From positions 178,446 through 242,445 of the forward strand of contig JANXCH010000011.1 in assembly GCA_025060295.1 (NCBI GenBank): a stretch of 64,000 bases of DNA, written 5' to 3'. Numbering within the stretch: the first letter of the stretch is position 1; every line of letters begins with the position of its first letter. This DNA is from Dehalococcoidia bacterium (GTDB taxonomy: Bacteria > Chloroflexota > Dehalococcoidia > Lucifugimonadales > HRBIN23). The translations under genes and the position numbers were made by a program. This document shows, in pieces, positions 53,718 through 62,667 of this stretch. The notes beneath the pieces are model-generated. The model searched no databases and had not been told where the DNA came from. It was given only the letters and a program-made list of their open reading frames with translations.

Positions 53718-55115
53718 CTAGTCGGGCTTGCCCAACACCACAGCGCGGGTCTTCAGGAACGGCCGCACCACCCGCAGGTAGGTCAGTTCCTTCAGTTCCC
53801 ACACCGACAGCGGCAGGAAGAGGCGCGCCGCCACCAGTGCCAGCAGAAGCCCCCCGCTGATGCCGCCGATAAGAAGCAGGTAGTCCGCCAGAGTGGGGGC
53901 CACCGCCGCCGGCACCTCCTTGAAGTGGTGGCCCGTCGGGTCGGGCACCGACCACGCCCCCACATACAAGCGCACGCGGTCCACGAAGGCTCCCACCAGG
54001 ATGCCCAAGCCTATCACGGTGGGCCCCCAGATGCTCCGGCGCACGGGGCTGATGATGAAAGCGAGCAAGGGCACCAACCAGTTCAAAAACAGGGACGCCA
54101 CAAACAGGGGCCGATACGGACCGAAATACAGCAACTGCTGCAGGTTCTGCTCCGTGGGGGTACGCCCATACCAGAAGGTCAGGAAGGCCGACCAGTTGAA
54201 ATAAGCCCATAGCAGGGACAGGGCCAAGAGGAGTTTGGCCGCCCCCCAAAACTGGTCGACGTGGAAGTAGCGCTGGTAGCCCCCAAAGGTGCGCAGCACA
54301 AAGGCGCTCACCACCACCAGAGCCAGGCCCGCCTGCAGACCCGACAGGGCATGGTAAGCGGGGAAGATGGAGTCCTTCCACCCCGGCACGAAGGAGAGCA
54401 CCAGATCGCTGGCCAACACCAGACTCCCGCCCACATAGGCGATAAAGTATAGCCCCCCCGCCACGCTCAGGGCCGCCTTATGCACGCGCCATTGGCGCAG
54501 CGTCCCCCGCCACCCCAGGGCAAGGCGTGCCGTCCACCCCCCGCGCCCCTGGTCCCGCAGGGCGGCCAGATCAGGGATCGCAGCGATCCACAGGAGCGCC
54601 AGCCCGCTCAGGGCCACCATCACCAGGGTGAGCAGGTCGTAGGCTACCGGCGCCCCCGGCGGCCAGCCCTGGCGCACCCCACTGACGATCCAGATAGTGT
54701 TGCGCCCCTCGCCCGGGGGGATAACCCACACGAGGGGGATATACAGCAAGAGGGTCCACAGGCCCACGACGCCGTACACCTCGGCGATACGGGCCAGGGG
54801 GCGACGCCAGTGGGCCTTGGCCATGCGTGTGGCCACCGAGACAATGGGCGCAGCCCCCGCCGTGGTGTACAGGAACCCCAGCACGGCAGCGTAATAGCCC
54901 CAACGGGTGTGGTCTGTCCCCTCGGCCACCTTCAGCACCAACCCCACCACCCCCAAGAGGAGCAGCACCCCCAGGGCGAGCACCAGAGCCCGCCACAGGG
55001 GCCAGGGGCGCTGGGCCTTCCCCAACACCTCCTCCGCCACCTCGCGGGGGGAGGTGGGGAAATCCTCCACGGGGTGGTGGCTAGTGCTTGTGGTCGTGGT
55101 CGGCAGCGGGTGCAT
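53718..55115 (-). CDS. actC: Alternative Complex III NrfD/PsrC-like membrane subunit (ActC-like)
   Basis: About 10 TM helices, immediately downstream of the Fe-S subunit. The start overlaps the actB2 3' end by 35 nt. Confidence 0.7.
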   Translation of the reverse strand: MHPLPTTTTSTSHHPVEDFPTSPREVAEEVLGKAQRPWPLWRALVLALGVLLLLGVVGLVLKVAEGTDHTRWGYYAAVLGFLYTTAGAAPIVSVATRMAKAHWRRPLARIAEVYGVVGLWTLLLYIPLVWVIPPGEGRNTIWIVSGVRQGWPPGAPVAYDLLTLVMVALSGLALLWIAAIPDLAALRDQGRGGWTARLALGWRGTLRQWRVHKAALSVAGGLYFIAYVGGSLVLASDLVLSFVPGWKDSIFPAYHALSGLQAGLALVVVSAFVLRTFGGYQRYFHVDQFWGAAKLLLALSLLWAYFNWSAFLTFWYGRTPTEQNLQQLLYFGPYRPLFVASLFLNWLVPLLAFIISPVRRSIWGPTVIGLGILVGAFVDRVRLYVGAWSVPDPTGHHFKEVPAAVAPTLADYLLLIGGISGGLLLALVAARLFLPLSVWELKELTYLRVVRPFLKTRAVVLGKPD

Positions 55116-55929
55116 AGGGGTCGACCTTCTTCAGGTAAATCACGTTGGGGCCGGTGCCCAGGTCTTCAATGACCTTGTAGGCCCGCTTGTTTTTGGCCAG
55201 TTGAGCAACACGGCTTTGCGGATCCAAGATATCGCCGAACACGAGGGCGTCGGTGGGGCAGGCCTGGGCGCAGGCAGGGGTGATATCCCCGTCCTGCAGG
55301 GTGCGCCCGTCCCGCGCCGCCTCCCGCTGGACGCGCCGGATGCGCTGGATGCAGAAGGTGCACTTCTCCATAATGCCCCGCCAGCGCACCGTCACATCCG
55401 GGTTCAGGTGATGGCGCAACGTCTCGGGCCACACGGGTTGCCAAAAGTTGAAAAAGCGGGCGTGGTAGGGGCAGTTGTTGGCGCAGTAGCGGGTGCCCAC
55501 ACAGCGGTTGTACACCTGGACATTCAGCCCCTGGTCGTTGTGGTAAGTGGCATAAACGGGGCAGACCGGCTCGCAGGGGGCGTTGTCGCACTGCTGGCAC
55601 AGGAGGGGGATATAGCGGGCGCGCACATGGGGATATTCCCCCTCCCAGTAGCGCTCCACCCAGATCCATTCAATCACCCGCCGTTGCAGGAAGATGGTCT
55701 CGGTATTAATCGGGATGTTGTTCTCGGCCTGGCAGGCCACCACGCAGGCTTGGCACCCTGTGCACCGGTCCATATCCACCACCATCGCCCACTTGTGGCG
55801 GGGGCGAGCCTGCTGTGGGGAGGGGGCACCCTGTCCCGCCGCTGCGGAAGAGGCGTGCAGGGGTGCCCCGTCCCGCCCTTGGGGGGCGGGAGGAGATGCC
55901 GAACGGCGAACCGCCTTCTCGGAGGGCAT
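55081..55929 (-). CDS. actB: Alternative Complex III iron-sulfur subunit (ActB2-like, separate polypeptide)
   Basis: Multiple 4Fe-4S ferredoxin motifs (CTGCQACVVAC, CQQCDNAPCEPVCP, CVGTRYCANNCP, CTFCIQR, CAQACP). Confidence 0.8.
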   Translation of the reverse strand: MPSEKAVRRSASPPAPQGRDGAPLHASSAAAGQGAPSPQQARPRHKWAMVVDMDRCTGCQACVVACQAENNIPINTETIFLQRRVIEWIWVERYWEGEYPHVRARYIPLLCQQCDNAPCEPVCPVYATYHNDQGLNVQVYNRCVGTRYCANNCPYHARFFNFWQPVWPETLRHHLNPDVTVRWRGIMEKCTFCIQRIRRVQREAARDGRTLQDGDITPACAQACPTDALVFGDILDPQSRVAQLAKNKRAYKVIEDLGTGPNVIYLKKVDPYAPAADHDHKH

Positions 55930-55931
55930 GC

Positions 55932-58127
55932 CTACGCCTCCTTCGTTACCAGGATGATGGGGCGCTCCTCCAGTTGCACGGGGCGCACCACCCCTTCAAA
56001 CTTCGGGATGCGCTGGCGCTGGCCGGTGCGGCGCAGACGCACCCGCGTGGCCGCCCACGCAAAAGCCCCCGTCTCCTGGTCGGTGAGGGGTGCAAGGATA
56101 GAGAACACATTGGCCCCCCGCCCGTTGGCCCAGCGCCCCATCCCCTGGTGCCCGAAGCCCACGGGGATAGCCACCACCTCGGGCGGAATGGCGGGGTGCA
56201 CATACACCAGGGCACGGAGGCTTCCCCGCGGGGAGATGACCTCCACCCACTCCCCCTCCAGCAGGCCCAGGCGACGGGCCGTGTCCGGGTTGACCTCCAC
56301 CCAGGTCTGCCAGGCGACGGTGGTGGTGCCATCGGGGAGGCCCTGCAGCCAGGGCAGATGCGCCCCCCGCCCGTCGTGGATGCCCAAGGGCGTGAAGGGA
56401 ACGAGGTGGAAGGGGAACTCCTGAGCGTCGCCGGCGAACTGGGGAGCTGGAGGTGTGGCGGGCAGACGCTCCCCCGTGAAGCGCCCCTGGCCGGTGGCCT
56501 GGGGATCCCACCACCCCCCCCGTTGGAGCACCCCCATAAAGAACCCCTCCTCGTCGGCGGCCCGCACCGCACCCCGCCGCAAGGCAAACAGCCGTCGTGC
56601 CCCGTCCTGCACCGCCTCCCGCATGCTCTGCCAGGGCAGGGTCAGGCCGGCGGCCTTCCCCGCCTCCAGCAGGATATCCCCAAAGGCTTTCCCGTCGCGG
56701 AAGGGGCGCACCACCGGCTGTTGGAACGTAACTGTCTGGTAACCGGGGCCGGGCTCGGGCCAATCGGTGCCCCACGCCTCCAAAGCCTCCAACTCGGGGA
56801 GCACCAAGTCGCCGTAGGGGGCCATGTCGTCGGCGATGGGCCCGATAACCACGCGGAAGGGCACCTGGGTGAGGGCCTCCTCCACCTCCCCGCGGTCCAC
56901 AGGCAAGCCGTAGATGAGGTTGGCCCCCCGCACGATCAGAAGCCCCACACGCCCCGCACGCATCTCCTCCAGGGCTTGACGCCAGCGGGCGAAGGGCGCA
57001 GGGGGAACGCCTGTCCATCCCGCAGGCGGGGGCGGATTGAAGCGGATGCCCCCCTCCCGCCCGATATTGTCCACCAAGGCGTTGAGGGAGAGCACAGCCC
57101 GCGCGTTGAACAAACCGTTGGTGTGGGCCAGGGCAGAACCGCCCACCAGGGCCAGGCTGGGGCGCTGGGAGCCGAACACCTCGGCCACCTCCCGGATGCG
57201 CTCAGCGGGAATGCCGACGGCCGCGGCCACCCGCTCGGGCTGGTAGGCAGTCAAAGCCCCTAGACCCTGCCCGCCTGTGAGTTGGGCAGCGGCGGGGGGA
57301 TGAGCCATCCCCCGCTCCACCAGCACATAGGCCACAGCCAGAGCCAGAACGCCCTCCATCCCGGGGCGGACGGGGAGCCAGAGGTCGGCATTGGCGGCGG
57401 TGAGGGAGAAGCGGGGCTCGGCGTGGAAGAAGAGGCCTCGCTGGCCGGGACGCCCCTGGCGGAAGGCTCCATACGCCCGCCCCCAGCGAACAGGGGAACC
57501 CCAGGTCTCCAACCACCCCGCCCCAAAGGAGAACACCGTGCGGGCGCGGGCGATATCGTAATCGGGCAAGGTGTCCTGTCCGAAGAGGCCCTTCACGGCC
57601 GTGCGCAGGACGGTGTCCTCCAGGGGTTCGTAGGCCAGCAGGGTGCCCCCTATGCTCTGGATAAAGGTCTGAGCCACCAGGGCGTTATGCCCCCGCAAGG
57701 GATTGGTAGCCAGCAACACCCGCCCGCGGTTCTGCTGGATCTGGCCAGCCAGTTCGGCCATCGCCGTCTCCCAATCCACCGCCTGGCCGTGCAAAAGGGG
57801 GGACAGGAGGCGGTCGGGATGATAGAGGGCCTGCACGGCCGCCTGGCCACGGGCACAGGTCTTCCCTTCGTTGAGGGGGTGGTCGGGGTTGCCCTCTATC
57901 TTGCGGGCGCGCCCCTCCACCACCCGCGCCAGCACACCACACCCCGCCCCACACTGCACGCACAGCGTGGCGTACCAGTTATCCCGCCCCGTAACCTGGT
58001 CTTCGGGGAGAGCCACTGGGCTCTCCACCCGCAGCTCCCGGTCGGGGATGCGGCACCCGTTGAAGGCGATGGCCCCCAGCGCCCCCACCCCCGCCAGCTT
58101 CAGCAGATCCCGACGCGTAATGCCCAT
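55932..58127 (-). CDS. actB: Alternative Complex III molybdopterin-oxidoreductase-like subunit (ActB1-like) with Tat signal
   Basis: Tat signal MGITRRDLLKLAGVGALG and an N-terminal CVQCGAGCG...C cluster motif, with MopB-like length. ATG 58127. Confidence 0.8.
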   Translation of the reverse strand: MGITRRDLLKLAGVGALGAIAFNGCRIPDRELRVESPVALPEDQVTGRDNWYATLCVQCGAGCGVLARVVEGRARKIEGNPDHPLNEGKTCARGQAAVQALYHPDRLLSPLLHGQAVDWETAMAELAGQIQQNRGRVLLATNPLRGHNALVAQTFIQSIGGTLLAYEPLEDTVLRTAVKGLFGQDTLPDYDIARARTVFSFGAGWLETWGSPVRWGRAYGAFRQGRPGQRGLFFHAEPRFSLTAANADLWLPVRPGMEGVLALAVAYVLVERGMAHPPAAAQLTGGQGLGALTAYQPERVAAAVGIPAERIREVAEVFGSQRPSLALVGGSALAHTNGLFNARAVLSLNALVDNIGREGGIRFNPPPPAGWTGVPPAPFARWRQALEEMRAGRVGLLIVRGANLIYGLPVDRGEVEEALTQVPFRVVIGPIADDMAPYGDLVLPELEALEAWGTDWPEPGPGYQTVTFQQPVVRPFRDGKAFGDILLEAGKAAGLTLPWQSMREAVQDGARRLFALRRGAVRAADEEGFFMGVLQRGGWWDPQATGQGRFTGERLPATPPAPQFAGDAQEFPFHLVPFTPLGIHDGRGAHLPWLQGLPDGTTTVAWQTWVEVNPDTARRLGLLEGEWVEVISPRGSLRALVYVHPAIPPEVVAIPVGFGHQGMGRWANGRGANVFSILAPLTDQETGAFAWAATRVRLRRTGQRQRIPKFEGVVRPVQLEERPIILVTKEA

Positions 58128-58137
58128 AGCGTCTCCA

Positions 58138-58710
58138 CTAGTAATGGCAGATCGCGCAGTCGGTGGGGGCATTGTTCTGGCGATGGCACCCCACACAGTC
58201 GCCCATCTTCAGGGAGCGGTGGAACTGGCGCATCTCGGTCATGGTCTCCACCGCCCCGTGGCATTCGGCGCAGGTAAAGCCGGCGCGAATGTGGGCCTCG
58301 TGCACGAACCGCACATGGTCAGGCAGGCGGAACACCCGCACCCACTGCACCGCCTCGCGGTTATTGAAGGCCTCAATGACCTTGCGGATTTCTGCCTGCT
58401 GGGCCTCGGTGGTGCCGATGATGAAGCGGTGGCAGAACATGCACTGCTCCAGGGAGGGGATGGTGGCCGCCTCCTCCTTATCGGCCCCCCGGTGGCAGAA
58501 CAGACAGGGAATTTGGGCGTCGCCAGCGTGGGTCTTGTGGGAGAAAGCGATGGGCTGGGCAGGGGCCTGGCGGAAGAGGCGCTCCACGCTCCACGAGTAG
58601 TGGGCGACGACCCGCGGCACCACCAACACCAACACGGCCAGCCCCAGCAGGGCAGACCCGAACCCCCCGCCGAGCAAGATGGCGATGCGCATCCCTTTGC
58701 CGAGACGCAC
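58138..58710 (-). CDS. actA: Alternative Complex III pentaheme cytochrome c ActA
   Basis: Five CxxCH sites (CLFCH, CMFCH, CAECH, CVGCH, CAICH) after an N-terminal TM anchor. The start is GTG 58710 or ATG 58692. Confidence 0.85.
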   Translation of the reverse strand: MRLGKGMRIAILLGGGFGSALLGLAVLVLVVPRVVAHYSWSVERLFRQAPAQPIAFSHKTHAGDAQIPCLFCHRGADKEEAATIPSLEQCMFCHRFIIGTTEAQQAEIRKVIEAFNNREAVQWVRVFRLPDHVRFVHEAHIRAGFTCAECHGAVETMTEMRQFHRSLKMGDCVGCHRQNNAPTDCAICHY

Positions 58711-58731
58711 GCCACACCCCTTTCGTGCAGT

Positions 58732-59025
58732 CTACCACAGAAACTTGGGATACACCTGGCGCACGATGTCCTCCACGGCGGGCACCACCCGCGCAAATAC
58801 GATAGCGATCCCCGCCACAGCCGCCAGGCCCACCAGCAGGAGCAGTCCCCGCACCCGCACAGTGTCCACAGGTAGATGGCGCGTGCCCACCAGGGAGGGG
58901 ATAATGGCCAACGCAAGCATCAGCAGGAGGGCCAGCCCCGCCGCAAAGAAGGGGAGAAGCCACAGCACATGCAGCAGGGCCTTCACCTGGGCCCACTGCT
59001 CTGCGTTTAGGGCGATGGGGTCCAT
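58732..59025 (-). CDS. Small 2-TM membrane protein, first gene of the ACIII cluster
   Basis: ATG 59025 follows an AAGGAG RBS. There are two hydrophobic helices (LLHVLWLLPFFAAGLALLLMLALAII; LLLLVGLAAVAGIAIVFA). Its stop lies 21 nt upstream of actA. Confidence 0.5.
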   Translation of the reverse strand: MDPIALNAEQWAQVKALLHVLWLLPFFAAGLALLLMLALAIIPSLVGTRHLPVDTVRVRGLLLLVGLAAVAGIAIVFARVVPAVEDIVRQVYPKFLW

Positions 59026-59072
59026 GCCGGCTCCTTGACCAGCCTTCCCCGCCACCCCCAAATCGTTAGTGA

Positions 59073-59101
59073 AGGGTATCGCAATCCCGCCCTGTTGTCA
59101 A
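59073..59101 (-). promoter_or_regulatory. Possible promoter TTGACA-17-TACCCT for the ACIII operon
   Basis: On the minus strand, a perfect -35 TTGACA at 59101-59096 and a weak -10 TACCCT at 59078-59073. Confidence 0.35.
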
Positions 59102-59164
59102 GGGCCACCTCACGGTTCCCTCAAGCGCTCACCGCCCTTCCGGGGCCCTCTCACCGCGACGCCC

Positions 59165-59194
59165 TGGACACCGCCCCCCGCCTTCCGCTATGGT
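59165..59194 (+). promoter_or_regulatory. Promoter TGGACA-18-TATGGT placed for a leaderless transcript
   Basis: The -10 box ends at 59194 and the ATG is at 59201, a 6-nt gap with no RBS. Confidence 0.4.
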
Positions 59195-59200
59195 GGAAAG

Positions 59201-60208
59201 ATGAGCCACCCCCCAAACCCCTCCTACGGGGCCCTCACCGATGTGCCAGGCGTCCTGGTGGGCCACTGGACAGACCCCCAGAACGCGACGGGATGCACCG
59301 TTGTCCTTGTTCCGAAGGGGGCTGTGGGGGGTGTGGAGGTGCGGGGCTCCGCCCCCGGCACCCGAGAGACCGACCTGTTGCGCCCCACGGCCCTTGTCCA
59401 GCAGGTGCACGCCGTCGTCCTATCGGGGGGCAGCGCTTTTGGTCTCGCCACCGCCGACGGGGTGATGCGCTGGCTAGAGGAGCGGGGCATCGGCTTTCGC
59501 CTGGGCACAGCGGTGGTGCCCATTGTGCCCGCCGCCATCCTTTTTGACCTGCTCCTGGCAGGCCCCCATAAGGCCCGCCCAGGCCCCGAGGCGGGCTACC
59601 AGGCGTGCCAGGGAGCCACAGCAGGGCCGGTGGCCGAAGGCTCCGTGGGTGCCGGCACGGGGGCAACGGTGGGCAAAATCCTGGGCATGGCCCGCGCCAC
59701 CAAGGGAGGCATTGGCACCGCCAGCCTGCACCTGGGGCAGGGCATTGTTGTTGCCGCTTTGGTCGCCGTCAACGCCGTGGGGGATGTGGTGGACCCCCAC
59801 ACAGGGCGCATCCTGGCCGGCCCCCGCCGGGAGGACGGGAAGGGCTTCCACAGCACGGTAGAGTTGCTCCTGCAGGGGGTTGTCCCCCCCCGTTCCCCCC
59901 AGACCAACACCACTATCGGCATCGTGGCCACCAACGCCCGCCTCACCAAGGAGCAGGTAAATAAACTGGCTGTCTACGCTCAGGACGGGCTGGCCTTGGC
60001 CATTCGCCCCTGCCACACCATGCGGGACGGGGACTGCATGTTCGCCCTGGCGACGGGGGAGGCGACGGCGAGTATAGACTTAGACCGTCTGGGGGTGGGG
60101 GCGGTGCAGGTGGTGGCCGAGGCGGTGGTGCGGGCAGTGCTGAAGGCCACACCCCTGGCAGGTATACCCGCAGCGCGGGAGGTGCTCCCCGACCTTCCGC
60201 AGGTGTAG
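59201..60208 (+). CDS. Peptidase family S58 (DmpA/BapA-like, P1 aminopeptidase)
   Basis: LTDVPGVLVGHWTD, GCTVVL, GGSAFGL and NTTIGIVATNA (self-cleavage/nucleophile region) blocks. Confidence 0.8.
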   Translation: MSHPPNPSYGALTDVPGVLVGHWTDPQNATGCTVVLVPKGAVGGVEVRGSAPGTRETDLLRPTALVQQVHAVVLSGGSAFGLATADGVMRWLEERGIGFRLGTAVVPIVPAAILFDLLLAGPHKARPGPEAGYQACQGATAGPVAEGSVGAGTGATVGKILGMARATKGGIGTASLHLGQGIVVAALVAVNAVGDVVDPHTGRILAGPRREDGKGFHSTVELLLQGVVPPRSPQTNTTIGIVATNARLTKEQVNKLAVYAQDGLALAIRPCHTMRDGDCMFALATGEATASIDLDRLGVGAVQVVAEAVVRAVLKATPLAGIPAAREVLPDLPQV

Positions 60209-60226
60209 ACTGCATTGGAGGCCTCT

Positions 60227-61021
60227 ATGCACATCCTCTTGACCAACGACGACGGCATCCACGCCCCCGGCCTCTGGGAGGCGGCCAAAGCCTTACGCCC
60301 CCTGGGGCGGGTCATTGTGTGCGCCCCCGACCGGGAGCAAAGCGGAGTGGGCGGATCCATGACCCTCCAGTTGCCGGTGCGCCTCACCACCTTCCCCTCC
60401 CTGGTGGAGGGGGTAGAGGCCTACACCGTGGAGGGCACCCCCGCCGATGCGGTGGTTGTCGCCATGGAGGTGGTGTTGGAGCGCCCCCCCGATTTGGTGG
60501 TGTCGGGCATCAACCAGGGGGCCAACCTGGGGGAGGATGTGCTCCTGTCGGGCACGGTGGGTGGGGCGCTCCAGGGGTGGTTTCGGGGTATCCCCTCCAT
60601 CGCCGTCTCCCTGTGCACCTTGACCAACTTCATCTTTGGTCCCTCGGCCCTGGTGGTGCGCCTGCTGGCCCAGCAAGCGGCCGAAGGGGCTCTACCCCGC
60701 CCCATCCTCCTCAATGTGAACCTGCCCAACCTGCCTCTAGAGAAACTGGAGGGGGTGGAGATTACCCGTCTGGGACGGCGCAGTTACGCCGAGGTGGTGC
60801 GCCAGGGGGACGACGGACGGCGCAAGTGGTATTGGATCGCCCGCTCCCGCCCGGTGTGGGAGGTAGTGGAGGGGACAGATGTGTGGGCGGTGCGCCACCA
60901 TCGGGTGAGCATCACGCCCCTGACCACCGACCTGACTCACTACAGCCTTTTGCCATCCCTAGCGGGCCTGGCCAAGGCCCTGGCCGAGGGTATCCGCCCG
61001 CCCCGGAACGATACCCCGTGA
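60227..61021 (+). CDS. surE: 5'/3'-nucleotidase SurE
   Basis: MHILLTNDDGIHAPGL N-terminus, with SGINQGANLG and SGTVGGA motifs. Confidence 0.9.
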   Translation: MHILLTNDDGIHAPGLWEAAKALRPLGRVIVCAPDREQSGVGGSMTLQLPVRLTTFPSLVEGVEAYTVEGTPADAVVVAMEVVLERPPDLVVSGINQGANLGEDVLLSGTVGGALQGWFRGIPSIAVSLCTLTNFIFGPSALVVRLLAQQAAEGALPRPILLNVNLPNLPLEKLEGVEITRLGRRSYAEVVRQGDDGRRKWYWIARSRPVWEVVEGTDVWAVRHHRVSITPLTTDLTHYSLLPSLAGLAKALAEGIRPPRNDTP

Positions 61022-61031
61022 GGGCGCGTCT

Positions 61032-61679
61032 TCACCCCTCCCCCACGCCCCCCTCCAGACGGGACAGGTGGCGCTCCAAGGCGTGCATGCGCTGGGCCAG
61101 GGCCACGTCCCCTTGCGTGCGTTCGAGGATCGCCCGTGTAGCATCGGTGGTGCGGCGCAACCCCCCCGTCATCCCGTCGGGGAAATCCACCGTGATAAGC
61201 AGGGCGTAGATGTCGTCCATCACCTCCAGGAGGGCCTGGCAGCGCTCCATATCCCCTTGGCGGAGGGCGTCCATAACCGCACGGCGCAGTTCCCCCACCG
61301 CCTCCCCCAGACCGTTGAGGTAGGGGGCCACCCCCACCTTCAGGTCGGCGAAATGGGGGATGGGCATCCCCGTCAGCACCGCCACCACCACCGACGCCTC
61401 GGCGAACTCCTTCTGGGCGTCCTCCACAAAGCCGGCGTAGTAGACATCGGGATGTGCGTGCAAGAGGCCGTCTATCCGCTGGAGGCGCTCCTGGGCCTGG
61501 GCGAGATGCCGACGCGCCTCCTCATAGTGCTGGCGATGGGCGGAGCGGATGGCTAGAGCACTTTTCTGCACCACCTCCCGGCAGAGGGTCAAGGCCTGCT
61601 CCCGCGCCGTGAAGGTCTGGGACAGCAGGGCGCGGGCTGTGTCCCCGATGGCTTGCAACTGCTGGGCGTAGTCTGTCAT
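61032..61679 (-). CDS. Translin-family protein (bacterial translin/TRAX-like)
   Basis: The AQKEFAEA, YLNGLGEAVGELRR and GLRRTTDATRAILERTQGDV blocks match my recollection of the translin-family pattern. ATG 61679 overlaps the thiE stop (ATGA). Confidence 0.6.
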   Translation of the reverse strand: MTDYAQQLQAIGDTARALLSQTFTAREQALTLCREVVQKSALAIRSAHRQHYEEARRHLAQAQERLQRIDGLLHAHPDVYYAGFVEDAQKEFAEASVVVAVLTGMPIPHFADLKVGVAPYLNGLGEAVGELRRAVMDALRQGDMERCQALLEVMDDIYALLITVDFPDGMTGGLRRTTDATRAILERTQGDVALAQRMHALERHLSRLEGGVGEG

Positions 61680-62665
61680 GGGGATGCCTGGGCCCGTCGG
61701 ATAGCTTCCACCAGGTCCCGCGTCGCCTTCTCTGGATCGTCGGCACCACACACGGCGCTGAGCACCGCCACCGCATCGGCCCCCGCCTCGATGACCTGGG
61801 CCACATGGGACGCCGTAATGCCCCCGATGGCCACTACCGGGGCCTGCACCGCCTGCTTCACCTTGCGCAGGGTCTCCAGGCCGGCGTAGCGGGTGCGCTC
61901 GGGGGCCTTGGAGGTTGTCCCGAAGATGGTGCCCACGGCGATATAGTCGGCCCCCTGCGCCTGGGAGGCCAGGGCCTCCTCCAGAAGGGCATGGGAGCGC
62001 CCGATGAGGTGCCCGGGGCGAAGCACCTGGCGGGCGTGGGGCAGGGGCAGGTCGAGTTGCCCAATGTGCAGGCCATCGGCCTCGGCGGCCACGGCAAGGT
62101 CGGCGTGGTCGTTGACGATGAGAAGGGCATTGTAGCGGGTGCACAGGGTGCGCACCTGGGCCAAAGTCTGCAGTTGTGTTCCCTTTTCGGTCTGCTTATC
62201 CCGCCACTGGAGCACGTGCGCCCCGCCGCGTAAAGCCGATTCGGCGATGTCCAGGGGGTTGCGCCCGCGGCACTGGGCGGGGTCTATGATGACATAGAGC
62301 CCCCGCACCCGCTGAGCCAGGGGACGGCGCAGATCAGCCCCCAGGCGGGCCTCGGCGCGGTCCAACACCTTGCGGACGCGTTCGGCCAAGCCGCCGTCCA
62401 GCGCCCCCCACTCCTGCAGGAGCCCCAGAGCACGGCGGGCAAGGACGGCCGCCTCTAGGCCCTGGGCGGGCGGGACACGCCACCCCCGCAGGGGGTCGGC
62501 CTCCTCCTCATCGGCTCCCGTAGTGCGGAGGGCCTGGCGCAGGGTGCGCACATCGTAGGCCAGGCCGATGGGCTGGGTCACGGCCGCCTCCACCGTGCGC
62601 AGGGCGGCGGCCAACGCCTCCCGATAGGCGGGCACCACAGGCTGGGGGCTCACCCGTTCCGTCAT
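61676..62665 (-). CDS. thiE: Thiamine-phosphate synthase with ~120-aa N-terminal extension
   Basis: The C-terminal ~205 aa carry LYVIIDP, LQWRDK, VNDHADLA, DGLHIGQ, GADYIAVGTIF.T.SK and VAIGGI motifs. The N-terminal extension has no recognised motif. Confidence 0.85.
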   Translation of the reverse strand: MTERVSPQPVVPAYREALAAALRTVEAAVTQPIGLAYDVRTLRQALRTTGADEEEADPLRGWRVPPAQGLEAAVLARRALGLLQEWGALDGGLAERVRKVLDRAEARLGADLRRPLAQRVRGLYVIIDPAQCRGRNPLDIAESALRGGAHVLQWRDKQTEKGTQLQTLAQVRTLCTRYNALLIVNDHADLAVAAEADGLHIGQLDLPLPHARQVLRPGHLIGRSHALLEEALASQAQGADYIAVGTIFGTTSKAPERTRYAGLETLRKVKQAVQAPVVAIGGITASHVAQVIEAGADAVAVLSAVCGADDPEKATRDLVEAIRRAQASP

Positions 62666-62667
62666 CC

